DNA from: a virus
Taxonomy: Duplodnaviria > Caudoviricetes
DNA: 45,244 bases
Strand: one strand, 5' to 3'
IMG/VR virus record: IMGVR_UViG_3300023283_000169
Span: 1 to 45,244 of that record
Shown here one piece after another: positions 24,801-34,752 of the stretch (position 1 is its first letter; every line of letters begins with the position of its first letter). Below the pieces are notes generated by a model. The model did no database searches. It was not told where the DNA came from and saw only the letters and a list, made by a program, of their open reading frames with translations. A program made the translations under genes and the position numbers.

Positions 24801-26267
24801 GTGTCGGTAGCCACGGTCCGACCCCGTCGAGAAGAGGCGCCGCGCAGGATACGGATCAGCCCGCAGCCGGGCCCGCAGATGGCGTTCTACTGCAGTCGGG
24901 CAGACATCACGATTTACGGCGGCGCGGCGGGGGGCGGGAAGACGTACGGCCTACTGATCGACCCGCTCCGCTTCGTGGTGCCCGGCATGAAGAGCCACAC
25001 GCCAGGGTTCAAGGCCGTCTACATGAGACGCACGTATCCCCGCATCTCAGCCGAGGGTGGGCTGTGGGACGAGTCGAAGGAGATCTACGGCCTCCTGGGT
25101 GGCGACCCGAAGGCCGGCAACTTCCGGTGGGAGTGGCCGAATGACGTGAGGATCCGGTTCTCGCATCTCGGGACGACAGAATCGCTCTACGGGTGGCACG
25201 GGGCCCAGATACCGTTCATAGCGTTCGATCAGCTGGAAGAGTTCGAGGAAGAGCAGTTCTGGTTCATGCTGGCCAGGAACCGCACGGCGATCCCCGTGAA
25301 ACCGTGGATCAAGGCGACCGCGAACCCGAGACCGGGCTGGCTCGCCGATCTGCTCCAGTGGTGGTGGGATCCGGAGACCGGATATGCGATCAAGGAGCGG
25401 AGCGGGAAGGTGCGGTGGTTCGTTCGGCTCATGGACCAGATCCACTGGGCCGACGACCCCGACAGTCTGATGCGCGAGTTCGGGGACAGGATGGTCGAGG
25501 GGGCGCGTCCGAAATCGATGTCGTTCATTCCCGCGAGCGTCTACGACAACAAGGTCTTGATGAAGAGCGATCCGGGTTACGTGTCGAACCTGCAAGCGAT
25601 GTCGCACGTGGAGCAGGAGCGGCTCATCCACGGCAACTGGAAGATCGTTCACACGACAGGGAACGTCTTCCCGCAGAAGGAGTGGGTCTACGAGGACTCG
25701 ACCCCAGGAGCCGCCTGGAGGGTTCGGTACTGGGACGAAGCCTCGCTGGACGAGGCGGGCGACTATACGGCGGGCGTGAAAATGGCGTGGAAAGACGGCG
25801 AGATCTACGTTGAGGACGTCGTACGGGGACAGTGGGCAACGAGAGAGCGGGATCGGATCCAGCGGGAGACAGCAGAGCTGGACGCCAGGGACCGCAATCC
25901 GAACGGCGAGGCCAACACGACCATCCAAATCCACCAACAAGAGCCGGGGTCCAGCGGCAAGGATCGGGCCCGAGCGTTCGTGAAGCTGATGGCCGGGTTT
26001 CCGGTCAAGGTGGACCGTCCCTCGGGGAGCAAGCCCGTACGCGCAGACCCATACTCGGCCCAGCAACAGGGGGGGAATGTCATCCTGGTCAGGGGGCCGT
26101 GGAACCGGGCGTTCGTCTTCGAGCACAGCAACTTTCCCGCAACCGGAGTGAACGACGATCAGGTCGACGCGGCAAGCGGAGCGTTCTCGATGCTCCAGAA
26201 GATCGTGGACAACATCAAGCGGAGCGGCAGTCGGGGGAGCCGGAAAGGGTTCGCCCGGTACACGTAA
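24801..26267 (+). CDS. terL: Terminase large subunit
   Basis: PQPGPQ, Walker A GGAAGGGKT, FDQLEEF, ATANP, RYWD.A, DDQVDA nuclease motif; start approximate. Confidence 0.95.
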   Translation: MSVATVRPRREEAPRRIRISPQPGPQMAFYCSRADITIYGGAAGGGKTYGLLIDPLRFVVPGMKSHTPGFKAVYMRRTYPRISAEGGLWDESKEIYGLLGGDPKAGNFRWEWPNDVRIRFSHLGTTESLYGWHGAQIPFIAFDQLEEFEEEQFWFMLARNRTAIPVKPWIKATANPRPGWLADLLQWWWDPETGYAIKERSGKVRWFVRLMDQIHWADDPDSLMREFGDRMVEGARPKSMSFIPASVYDNKVLMKSDPGYVSNLQAMSHVEQERLIHGNWKIVHTTGNVFPQKEWVYEDSTPGAAWRVRYWDEASLDEAGDYTAGVKMAWKDGEIYVEDVVRGQWATRERDRIQRETAELDARDRNPNGEANTTIQIHQQEPGSSGKDRARAFVKLMAGFPVKVDRPSGSKPVRADPYSAQQQGGNVILVRGPWNRAFVFEHSNFPATGVNDDQVDAASGAFSMLQKIVDNIKRSGSRGSRKGFARYT

Positions 26268-26306
26268 GCCCCGGACCCGACGAAGGGGCGGGAAGGACGG
26301 TAGGAG

Positions 26307-28193
26307 ATGGCCTTGGAGTTTCTCGGGCAGGTCCATCCGGTCTACGCGGCACACGAAGAGCTGTGGCAGAGGAACGAGATCAGGCTGCGCGGCGACGATG
26401 AAGTTCTCGACGAGCTGCGGCAGTTCGATTGGGAGCGCGAGGGCGGCGAGGTGGGTGCCTCCCGGTTCGCGAGCCGGAAGCAGCAGGCGACCTACCTCAA
26501 CTTCCCCGAGATGCTCGCCACGTCGCTCACGGGCCATCTGATGAAATCGAGCCCGCCGGTCGACAAGTCGCTCACGTTCGGCGAGCTCGGCGAGGTAAGA
26601 CGCTCGGAAGATCAGGCGACGCCGTCCTTCGCGGAGCTCGTGTTCTACAACGTTGACGGGGTCGGGAACGACGGAAGCCAGTGGCCCAACTGGTGGACGA
26701 CGGTGACGAAGCGGGCGATGGCGACGGGACACCGCTGGTTATTCGTCGATCAACCCGCGGGGGTAGACGGGGTGGTGACCGTCGAGGACGTCCTAAATGG
26801 CGTCCGACCGTTCCTGGTGGAGTTCTCCCCACTCGACATCGTCAACTGGCATTTCGTGAACGGACAGTTGGTGTTCGCAGTGCTGAAACGTGCGGAGAGG
26901 TCTCCGCTCCTGAACGCGGACGGTGAGCTCGAAGGGAACGACTTCGTCGACCGGTACACGTTGTTCGTTCGGGAGGGGTTCGACGGGCTGGGCGAGCAGT
27001 TCGTGGGCGGCGGGTGGTGGAGGTTCGACGAGGAGTTCGAGCCGCTGCTCGGCGCGGACGGGCAGCCGTTGACCGGAGACTGGTCCTCGTTCGGTGGGGA
27101 AATACCGCTCTGGGCCCACTTCTACGACCGCGACCCCGGCACCAGGACGAAGCCTGCGATGTCGAGGTCCGCGATCACGCACCTCGGACAGGCCGCGATC
27201 GGGTACATGAACCTGGAGTCCGCGTGCGAGTTCGACGCCTGGGATGCCGCGATGTCGATGCTGTTCTTCATCGGGGTCTCGCCAGAGACGTTCAACGAGG
27301 TGACGCAGCAGGCGAGCGGGGGCAGCCGGTGGGTCGGGTTGCGCCACACGACCGTGGAGGGCGGTGTCCTCGACGAAGGGCTCCAGCCGATCATGCCGCA
27401 GATCCACGACGGCTCGACGGGGGCCGTGCCGGCAGGCGTGTTCGAGTCGGCGCTGGACAGGATCGTGGAGAACGCCAGCAGGATGGCGGCGCAGGAGGCG
27501 ACGGGTAGGCCCGAGTCGAGCGGCCTGTCGAAGCGGGCCGGGTTCGGCGACATCAAGGCGCCGCGACTGGCGCTCCTGGCCTCCGAGATGGAGCAGAGCC
27601 AGAACACGGCGATCCGGTGGTTGGAGATGGCGTTCGGGTTCGAGCGTCCGTCGGGCGTGGTGCGGTGGCAGCGGGAGTTCGACTTGCTGTCGCTCTCCGA
27701 CGAGGTGGGCGAGCTGTTCGATCTGGTCGGGAAGGCAGGGGTCCGCTCGGCGCGTCTCGACGCCCGCTCGATCGTGCTGTCGGCTCAGGAGCGCGGTGTG
27801 ATCCTCGACGACGAAGAGGCCGCGATGGTCGAGGACGAGCTGAGCGCGGCGGCGCGGCTCCGGCAGATCCAGGAGATCATCGACTCGATCGGGTTCGTGC
27901 CGGGCCCGGCGAAGGTCGAGACGATCATGCAGGTCCTCGACGCAGCGGGGATCTTCACCGACGAAGAGGGGAACGAGCGACAGGTGAGGGCCCTGGGCGG
28001 CGGGACGGAGCCGACGACGCTCCGCGACGCCGTGCTGGAGGCCGCGAAGACGCTGGCCGAGAGCAGGGACCGGCTGGACGACCTGACCGGGGGTCTGGCG
28101 CCCTTCGGGGGGAGAATCGGCGAGACGGGCGGTAGCGAACCCGGCGGTTCGGGGGCGCCGGGGGAAGAGCCGCCCGCTCCCGATGAGGAGTGA
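26307..28193 (+). CDS. Portal protein
   Basis: 628 aa directly after TerL; RKQQATYLNF, DG.G, P.LV.F.P..I.NW and ESSG.SK motifs. Confidence 0.8.
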   Translation: MALEFLGQVHPVYAAHEELWQRNEIRLRGDDEVLDELRQFDWEREGGEVGASRFASRKQQATYLNFPEMLATSLTGHLMKSSPPVDKSLTFGELGEVRRSEDQATPSFAELVFYNVDGVGNDGSQWPNWWTTVTKRAMATGHRWLFVDQPAGVDGVVTVEDVLNGVRPFLVEFSPLDIVNWHFVNGQLVFAVLKRAERSPLLNADGELEGNDFVDRYTLFVREGFDGLGEQFVGGGWWRFDEEFEPLLGADGQPLTGDWSSFGGEIPLWAHFYDRDPGTRTKPAMSRSAITHLGQAAIGYMNLESACEFDAWDAAMSMLFFIGVSPETFNEVTQQASGGSRWVGLRHTTVEGGVLDEGLQPIMPQIHDGSTGAVPAGVFESALDRIVENASRMAAQEATGRPESSGLSKRAGFGDIKAPRLALLASEMEQSQNTAIRWLEMAFGFERPSGVVRWQREFDLLSLSDEVGELFDLVGKAGVRSARLDARSIVLSAQERGVILDDEEAAMVEDELSAAARLRQIQEIIDSIGFVPGPAKVETIMQVLDAAGIFTDEEGNERQVRALGGGTEPTTLRDAVLEAAKTLAESRDRLDDLTGGLAPFGGRIGETGGSEPGGSGAPGEEPPAPDEE

Positions 28194-28837
28194 CGGACCC
28201 GTGGCACGAGCTCAGGCTGGTAGCGGCTGAAGCCTCCCTGTTCTCGCTGATCGAAGCAGTCGATCGCCTCGAAAGGCAGGTCTCGATGATCTGTCCGTCC
28301 CCGCAAGACCCCGTGCTGGTCGTCGGGGCCGGACGAACCGGTACGAGCGAGGTGGCCCGAGTCCTGGAGGTCGAGCTCGGCGTGGACATGGGCGGGGAGG
28401 GGTTGAGGGCCGACCACGTGCCAAACGGGTGCTACGAGGACCGGCGCCTGACGTCGATCGACATGATGTACGCTCGCGGGGTGCTCGATCGGTCGTCGTG
28501 GAGACGATGGATACGAGCCGAGACCGACGATCGAAGAGGTGCGTGGGGGTACAAGTCGCCGTCGATGCCGCTGAAGGAGTGGATCGAAGAGTTCCCGAAC
28601 GCACGGGTCGTGTGGTGTGTCAGGGACATGGAGCCGACGATCCTGTCGTGGATCAAGACGACCGGGTGCCAGCGGTACGAAGCGCAGAGGGCGATCGAGG
28701 CCCGGCTGGAGAAGATCGGAGGCGCGATCACGCTCCACGTCCCGGCACGATGGAGAACGATCAACATGACCGGCCACGTGGAACCCGACCAGATCAGGCA
28801 GGCCCTCGCGGGCCTGGTCCCCGACCTTGCCGGTTAG
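28190..28837 (+). CDS. Sulfotransferase-family protein
   Basis: VLVVGAGRTGTS (5'-PAPS-binding loop-like), LGVDMG, YED, WGYKSP, VVWCVRD. Confidence 0.75.
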   Translation: MTDPWHELRLVAAEASLFSLIEAVDRLERQVSMICPSPQDPVLVVGAGRTGTSEVARVLEVELGVDMGGEGLRADHVPNGCYEDRRLTSIDMMYARGVLDRSSWRRWIRAETDDRRGAWGYKSPSMPLKEWIEEFPNARVVWCVRDMEPTILSWIKTTGCQRYEAQRAIEARLEKIGGAITLHVPARWRTINMTGHVEPDQIRQALAGLVPDLAG

Positions 28838-29945
28838 TCCGTACAAAGTAGCGCAGCTCCAGGCACGATCGCGGCTGTTCGCGCTCGACGCCGCCGAGGC
28901 CGAGCGGATCCGACGTGCGCTCAACGAGCTCGCCGATGGGCTGGAGCGCGAGATGGCCCGTCGGTTCGGCTCGATCCAGACGGCGCGTGGGCTGGAGTCC
29001 GGTAGGGCGCTGATCGCCGCCCAGGAGATCACGCGCTCGATCATCGACGACTGGGCGAGACAGATGGAGTCGGCGTTCGCCGCAGGTCGGCGCCTCTCGT
29101 TCGAGCAGACCCAGGAGGTATACCGGAGGGCGACCGCAGCGGTAGCCAGGGCCGAGGGTGTCGGGGCGTCGACGTTCGGGCGGATCCTCGTTCCCGACGT
29201 CCGGCTGGCAAACGCGTTCGACGGGGTCGGCGGGGCGCCGACGTGGCGGACGATCCTGCGGGCGCGGGGCGCGAACGCCGCCGAGGAGGCGGCGACGATC
29301 ATGCGGCTCGGGATGTTGGAGGGCGCCCACCCGACGGAGCTGGCCCGGAGGATGCGGTTCTACGTGCAGGGGTCGGAGTCGTTCACGAGCCTGTTCGAGA
29401 CCGTGCCGACCCTGACCGGCGAGGTGTCGAAGATCGACCTGCGGAAGGTGCCGCTCAGCGTTCGAAAGGGCGCGGCGAACATGCGCTTGAACGCCGAGCG
29501 GATCGCGTTCACGGAGTACGGGCACGCCAGACACGAGGTGGAGCTCCAGCACGCGATTCAGGATCCGTTCATCGAAGCGGCGCGGTGGGAGACGTCGCCC
29601 GACCGAGGTCGCGGTCAGGTCCCGGATGAGTGCGACTGGCTCCGGGACGCCGACTTCTTCGAGCTGGGGCCTGGGATCTACCCGGTCGACCAGATCCCCG
29701 CCCTGCCGCATCCGTTCGACCGATGTGAGATCAGCATGGTGCGGAGGAGCGCGGCGGACATCGAGAAGGCGAAGCCGACCGGGACGTTCGCCGCCACGGA
29801 GCCACCGTTCGACACGTCGGGGATGACCGAGAACCGCGTACGGAGGATGGAGAAGCAGGCGAACCGGTCGATCGGGATCGGTCGCGGGGTGCTCGAATCC
29901 GTGCTGAGCGGAGCCTCGCCCGTCAGGGCCTCCGACGTGCTGTAG
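28827..29945 (+). CDS. Minor head morphogenesis protein (Mu gpF/SPP1 gp7-like)
   Basis: NAERIAFTE, DECD, PHPFDRC; position in head module. Confidence 0.75.
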   Translation: MPVSPYKVAQLQARSRLFALDAAEAERIRRALNELADGLEREMARRFGSIQTARGLESGRALIAAQEITRSIIDDWARQMESAFAAGRRLSFEQTQEVYRRATAAVARAEGVGASTFGRILVPDVRLANAFDGVGGAPTWRTILRARGANAAEEAATIMRLGMLEGAHPTELARRMRFYVQGSESFTSLFETVPTLTGEVSKIDLRKVPLSVRKGAANMRLNAERIAFTEYGHARHEVELQHAIQDPFIEAARWETSPDRGRGQVPDECDWLRDADFFELGPGIYPVDQIPALPHPFDRCEISMVRRSAADIEKAKPTGTFAATEPPFDTSGMTENRVRRMEKQANRSIGIGRGVLESVLSGASPVRASDVL

Positions 29946-30063
29946 ACGCGCCGCGTACACGCCGCGCTACGCCCAGAAGCCGCTCGCCCCTCACACCACC
30001 CCTCCCACACTCCCCCGCGCGGCCCACGGCCCCGTTTCCACGGCGCACGCGGGGATTCCAGGG

Positions 30064-30092
30064 TTGACTTCACTGCTACCAGTGGATATGCT
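30064..30092 (+). promoter_or_regulatory. Capsid-operon promoter with a distinct palindrome
   Basis: TTGACT-17 nt-TATGCT; CACTG-CTAC-CAGTG in the spacer. Confidence 0.65.
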
Positions 30093-30238
30093 TGCGGCGA
30101 CCGGGACCACCTTGCACGTCCCACCCCCGTAAGGTTCCCGTCACCTGCGATTCGGAGACGCGGTCGCCGAACGAGCGTCTCATGCGGAAGATGTCGCCGC
30201 CGAAAAGGGCGATCCCAACACAACGAAACGAGGAGGCG

Positions 30239-30991
30239 ATGGCAGAAGGCGATGGCCTTACGCTAGACGCGTTGGTCGAGGGCCTGAAGGAGCACGATCC
30301 GAAGAAGGTGCTGGAATCGCTCCCGCGAGGAGCCGGATCGGTGTACCAGCTGGCCTACGACAAGGGTCACCAGGACGCCGTGGGGAAAGAGCGCTCGATC
30401 CGCGAGCGGGTCGAGAAGGAGCACAACGCCCTCCGGTCCGAACGCGACTCACTGCAGGAAAGGTTGCAGGAGGTCGAGAGCGAGGTGCCCAACGTCGAGA
30501 AGATCAACGAGCAGTGGGAAGAGCGGATCGGTGAGGTTCGGAGCGAGAAGGAGCAGGAGGTTGCCGCCCTCAAGGAGCGGCTCGATGCCGCGGAGTACGG
30601 GAACGCGATCAAGACCCTCGAAGCCAAGATGCTGAAGAAGGGGCTGAAGCCGCTCTACGCACGGGTGAAGGCGAAAGACCTGCGGGAGCGAATCCGGTTC
30701 GACGAGGAGGGCAAGATCCGGGTGTTCCAGAAGGATCGTGAGATCCCGCTGGAGGCGGCACCGAACCAGAGCCCGCTCGACGCGCTCGCGGACGAAGCGT
30801 TCAACGAGGCGGAGGCCGACGAGAAGATGACCGGCGTGAAGTCCGGTCCCGGTCTACGCGACTCGGAAGGTGGACGCGGTGGCGGTCAGGAAGGCGACCG
30901 GTACCAGAAGGCGCGAGAGCGTGGAGAAGAGGCCCAGAAGAACCGACACCGCTCGACGGATTGGCGAGAGGCGGTTGGCGCTGCCGAGTAG
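30239..30991 (+). CDS. Capsid scaffolding protein
   Basis: GAGGAGG RBS; charged coiled coil with Gly-rich C-terminal part; precedes capsid genes. Confidence 0.75.
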   Translation: MAEGDGLTLDALVEGLKEHDPKKVLESLPRGAGSVYQLAYDKGHQDAVGKERSIRERVEKEHNALRSERDSLQERLQEVESEVPNVEKINEQWEERIGEVRSEKEQEVAALKERLDAAEYGNAIKTLEAKMLKKGLKPLYARVKAKDLRERIRFDEEGKIRVFQKDREIPLEAAPNQSPLDALADEAFNEAEADEKMTGVKSGPGLRDSEGGRGGGQEGDRYQKARERGEEAQKNRHRSTDWREAVGAAE

Positions 30992-31026
30992 CGCATCCGG
31001 TCACGTGACCGAAGGGAGACCATGAC

Positions 31027-31431
31027 ATGAGCCCGCTGAGCAGCAAGACGCTCGTCTCGGCCGACTCGCTGTACGACTCCCCGTTCATCAAGCTGATCGC
31101 GACGGGGGTCGTGACGGTGGATGTGAGCGGGTTGACGACGGACGAGGTGGACGCGGACGGGTACATCAAGCCCGGCGTACCGCTGAAATCGGACGGGACG
31201 CTCGTGGCAGCGACGGAGACCGAGATGTTCGGTGTCGTCGTCGAGGCCACGAAGATCCCCGACGCCGATGACAACCTGGCGGCGACGCTCGGCGCGGCCA
31301 CCGATTTCCAGCTCGCCGTGGCGGTCTACGCCGTGGTGAACCGGGCGGTGACCGAAGACATCCTCGGTCGTGTGCTGACGGCGGACGAGCTGACCGCCTT
31401 CGGCAACTCGACCCTCGTGTTGCAGCAGTAA
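31027..31431 (+). CDS. Head decoration protein
   Basis: 134 aa, IKPGVPL motif, between scaffold and capsid. Confidence 0.7.
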   Translation: MSPLSSKTLVSADSLYDSPFIKLIATGVVTVDVSGLTTDEVDADGYIKPGVPLKSDGTLVAATETEMFGVVVEATKIPDADDNLAATLGAATDFQLAVAVYAVVNRAVTEDILGRVLTADELTAFGNSTLVLQQ

Positions 31432-31444
31432 GGGGGGCTGACAG

Positions 31445-32500
31445 ATGAGACAGATCATCGAACAGCTGGAGGGACTGACCCCTGGGCTGCTGACGATCCG
31501 GGCGCAGACGGTGGACCCGTCCGATGACGGGACGCTGATCTGGGCCACGTTCATGCCGAGCGAGCCGACATCCTCGATTCGCGTACAGACGTACACGAAC
31601 GAGCTCTTCCGGCCCACGGCGGATCGCAGAGAGTGGAACCAGCAGGGTCGGCTGATCCCTCGGCGCGTCGGGCCGCTGTCCGAAGTCGAGATGGTCCCGA
31701 TCGAGTCGCGGTTCGCGGTGAACGAGCGTGAGTTCCAGGACCTGATCGAGCGGTTCGGCGGCAACTTCGCCAGGATCGCCGACGAGCTCCAGCTCGACGT
31801 CGAGTCCCGCGTGGACGCTCTCGCGCTGGCCAACTTCAGGCGCATCGAGCTCGACGCCATGACGGCGTGGGCGAACGGTCAGATCATCGCGACCGATCCG
31901 GCGACGGGCGTCCAGCAGACGATGGCGCTGCCGATCGCCGCGACGCGGTACACGACCGCCGCGACGGCGTGGGACGATGGCACCGTGAACGCCTACGACG
32001 AGATGCTGGCGTTCGTGGACAACGCCCAGGAGAACGTCGGTCCGATCGGCGGGCTGATGATGAGGCGAGCCACGGCGAACGCGATCAAGGACGACGCTCC
32101 GAACAACTTCGCCGTGGACGGCGGAGTGCGTTCCCTCGGGGCCGTGATCGAGTCCGCGCGCCGGGACCTCGGGATCGGCGACTTCACGATCGTGGTGAAC
32201 GAGCGGACCGTGGACACGTTCTCGGACGGTGGCGTGACGCACGCCTCGACGAAGACGTGGCCGGCGCAGAAGGTGGCCGCGATCCCCGCCGGAGGCAGGA
32301 TCGGGTCGACCCGGTTCGCGCCGGTGGTCCGTGCGGTCGACATCAGCGCGGCGGAGCCGGACGCGCAGTTCGATCGGAACGGGAACACGGTGTTCCTGGA
32401 GGCCGCAAACGGGTACCGGTCGCTGCACGTGGAGTGCCAGATCAATGCGATGCCGCTGCCGAACGAGCAGGCGGTGTTCGTGATCGACGCTGGCGTGTAA
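31445..32500 (+). CDS. Major capsid protein (lambda gpE-like)
   Basis: 351 aa; RRIEL.AM.A..NGQI, W.D....AY, G.T.F, MP near C-terminus. Confidence 0.85.
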   Translation: MRQIIEQLEGLTPGLLTIRAQTVDPSDDGTLIWATFMPSEPTSSIRVQTYTNELFRPTADRREWNQQGRLIPRRVGPLSEVEMVPIESRFAVNEREFQDLIERFGGNFARIADELQLDVESRVDALALANFRRIELDAMTAWANGQIIATDPATGVQQTMALPIAATRYTTAATAWDDGTVNAYDEMLAFVDNAQENVGPIGGLMMRRATANAIKDDAPNNFAVDGGVRSLGAVIESARRDLGIGDFTIVVNERTVDTFSDGGVTHASTKTWPAQKVAAIPAGGRIGSTRFAPVVRAVDISAAEPDAQFDRNGNTVFLEAANGYRSLHVECQINAMPLPNEQAVFVIDAGV

Positions 32501-32519
32501 CCCTGACGGAGGGGGCCTG

Positions 32520-32783
32520 ATGGCCAAGCAGAACAAGACGATCGTCGGGGCCACGCAGTTCCGGGGGCAGATGTATTTGCCTGGCCAGGAGAAGGACCTG
32601 GAAGCGGCGGCGAAGAAGGCGAAGGCGACGCTGGACTGGGATCGGATCGGCGGGGGCGCACCCCCGGCCCCCGAGCCCGCCCCCGAGCCCGAGCCCGGAG
32701 AAGACGACGTCGAGGGACAGGGCGAAGAGCCCGAGCCCGGAGATGACGAGGAGCCGGAAGAGGAGTCCGGCGGGAAGAAGTAG
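32520..32783 (+). CDS. Small acidic Pro/Glu-rich protein
   Basis: Follows capsid gene; PEPEPGED repeats. Confidence 0.75.
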   Translation: MAKQNKTIVGATQFRGQMYLPGQEKDLEAAAKKAKATLDWDRIGGGAPPAPEPAPEPEPGEDDVEGQGEEPEPGDDEEPEEESGGKK

Positions 32784-32792
32784 CGGTCGAGC

Positions 32793-33524
32793 GTGCTTGA
32801 CACGTCGGCCACGTACGTCGCTCTGGCGGGGGCCATTCGATCGGCCCCCGTCGTGGGCGACTGGTTCCCGACCGCTGGCCGGACGCGCTGGCGGCTGGAG
32901 GCGAACGTCGCGGAGCTCGCGACGTCCGTCGATCTCGCGGTACACATCCGATCCGTAGCCAACCAGACGCCGGTCCTGGTGTTCACGACCCAGGTGACCG
33001 CCGAGGGCTCTTTCGATTGGGACGCCCCCGGCGACTTCGACGTCCAGTCGGGGTCTACGGAAATCCGTGTGGACGTGGACGCCAACGTGGGCCAGTACGT
33101 GCTCGCGGCGTTCCTGATGGGGCCGTTCTTCGACGGGTCGACGGACAGCCCGGACCTGGTCCTGTTGAGCCCGAGGCTGCGGGACTACGACGACGTGCAG
33201 CGGATCGTCCTGGAGGCGGAAGACGATGTGTTGAACCGGCCCGGTCTGGGGATGGACCTGGACGGTCGGCTCACGAACGTCGATATGTCGCTTCCGAGGT
33301 TCGCGGACCAGATGAGAATGGCGATCTCGCGGCAGGCGGAGCACCTGTTCGTGATCGAGCAGATGCGGCTGTCGGGAGAAGAGGAGGACCTGAAGGATCT
33401 GCTGAAAACGGATCGGATCGTGTCGGACGTGGACCGGATCCTCCAGCCGTTCCTGTTGACGGGCGCAGCGGACGACCTGAGCGACGAACCGGTGGAGTGG
33501 GCGCCGTTCGTAGGGCGGGGATGA
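32793..33524 (+). CDS. Putative head-tail adaptor
   Basis: Position; MAISRQAEHLF helix; ILQPFLL near C-terminus. Confidence 0.55.
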   Translation: MLDTSATYVALAGAIRSAPVVGDWFPTAGRTRWRLEANVAELATSVDLAVHIRSVANQTPVLVFTTQVTAEGSFDWDAPGDFDVQSGSTEIRVDVDANVGQYVLAAFLMGPFFDGSTDSPDLVLLSPRLRDYDDVQRIVLEAEDDVLNRPGLGMDLDGRLTNVDMSLPRFADQMRMAISRQAEHLFVIEQMRLSGEEEDLKDLLKTDRIVSDVDRILQPFLLTGAADDLSDEPVEWAPFVGRG

Positions 33525-33982
33525 AGTTCGGGGTGCAGGTCGACGCGAAGGCGGTGGAGAGGCTGTTCGATCAGCTACCAGGGAAGGTGCGCGACTTCCG
33601 GCCCGTGTGGAACGAGCTCAACGGGTTCGTCGAGGACGAGTTCCGGAAACAGTTCAGTACGGCGGGCTCGCACGGAGGGGATCGGTGGAAGCCGCTGGCC
33701 CCGGCGACGGTGAGGAGCCGTCTGAGGAACCGGGGCGGGAATCGGGGAGGCGTGAACCGCCCGCTATGGGACCACGGCGTGCTGAGGGCCTCGCTGGTGG
33801 GTCCCGCGAAGGGGGTCGTGGAGAAGCAGGAGAAGGAATATCGACGTGGGACCCTCGTGCCGTACGCGGCGCCGCAGGACGCGGTCCGTCCGCTGGTTGG
33901 GCCGCGGATGGCGGACCGGATCGCGGCGGAAGCCGAACGGCTCGCGGGAGAGCACGTCCAGCGGAAGATCGACGAGTCGTGA
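33521..33982 (+). CDS. Virion morphogenesis/neck protein (Mu gpG-like)
   Basis: F...G....WKPLAPAT...PL.D.G.LRASL...GT.VPYA. Confidence 0.75.
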   Translation: MKFGVQVDAKAVERLFDQLPGKVRDFRPVWNELNGFVEDEFRKQFSTAGSHGGDRWKPLAPATVRSRLRNRGGNRGGVNRPLWDHGVLRASLVGPAKGVVEKQEKEYRRGTLVPYAAPQDAVRPLVGPRMADRIAAEAERLAGEHVQRKIDES

Positions 33983-34509
33983 TCGCCGAGACGGTCGAGA
34001 TCGTAGCCGCGTGGTTGCGAAGGTCGGACCTGGGGCTGTCCGGCGCGATCGACGAGATCGAGGTGCGGCCCGGCGACCGTCGGCCCTCGTACGACGACGT
34101 GGACGTGCTCACGCGGAGCGACATGTCGCAGGCGTACTGGTTGCAGTCGGGGATCGACCGACCGTCGGTGTTCGTCAGCGCCGGCACGATGACTGTCGCG
34201 ACGCCGACGCACGAGAGGTCTCTCGACGTAGGGAACGTCGAGGTGGCGGTGGGGTGGGTGATCCAGTCGGCGGATTCGGGCGAGGAGTACCGGGAGGCAT
34301 CCTACGTGTCGCGGGCGATCCTGATGTCTCTGAGGGCCCTGATGGCCCAGCACCTGGATCGAGAGGTCAGGGGCGTGCAGTTGATGGAGATCGTCGGGGC
34401 GACAGCGTCGATCGAGGGGAACGAGATCCCGCTGACGTCACGTGAGGCGGAGCCGGGGATCCGGCTCTACACGGTCGAGTTCACCGCCGTGGTCCAAGAC
34501 ACGACGTAG
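33979..34509 (+). CDS. Putative tail terminator/completion protein
   Basis: GTGA overlap; position before tail tube. Confidence 0.55.
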   Translation: MIAETVEIVAAWLRRSDLGLSGAIDEIEVRPGDRRPSYDDVDVLTRSDMSQAYWLQSGIDRPSVFVSAGTMTVATPTHERSLDVGNVEVAVGWVIQSADSGEEYREASYVSRAILMSLRALMAQHLDREVRGVQLMEIVGATASIEGNEIPLTSREAEPGIRLYTVEFTAVVQDTT

Positions 34510-34521
34510 AAAGGGGGTTCG

Positions 34522-34734
34522 ATGGAGGAGTACCCGGAAGAGCAGGGTGCGGAAGAGGAGGCTCCGCCGGAGACGGAGCACGAGGAAGACGTGGCGGGGG
34601 CAGAAGAGCCCGTAAGCGTGCCGGACGAAGCCGACGCGAGGTGGGCGGGGCGTCCCGCATACTCGTGCCCGGACTGCGGCTCGACGTACCTGAACAAGCA
34701 GTCGCGGGACGGCCACAGAAGCGCGATGCACTAA
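34522..34734 (+). CDS. Small acidic protein with C2H2 zinc finger
   Basis: YSCPDCGSTYLNKQSRDGHRSAMH = C-x2-C-x12-H-x4-H. Confidence 0.75.
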   Translation: MEEYPEEQGAEEEAPPETEHEEDVAGAEEPVSVPDEADARWAGRPAYSCPDCGSTYLNKQSRDGHRSAMH

Positions 34735-34752
34735 CGAGGAAAGGAGTAAGAG

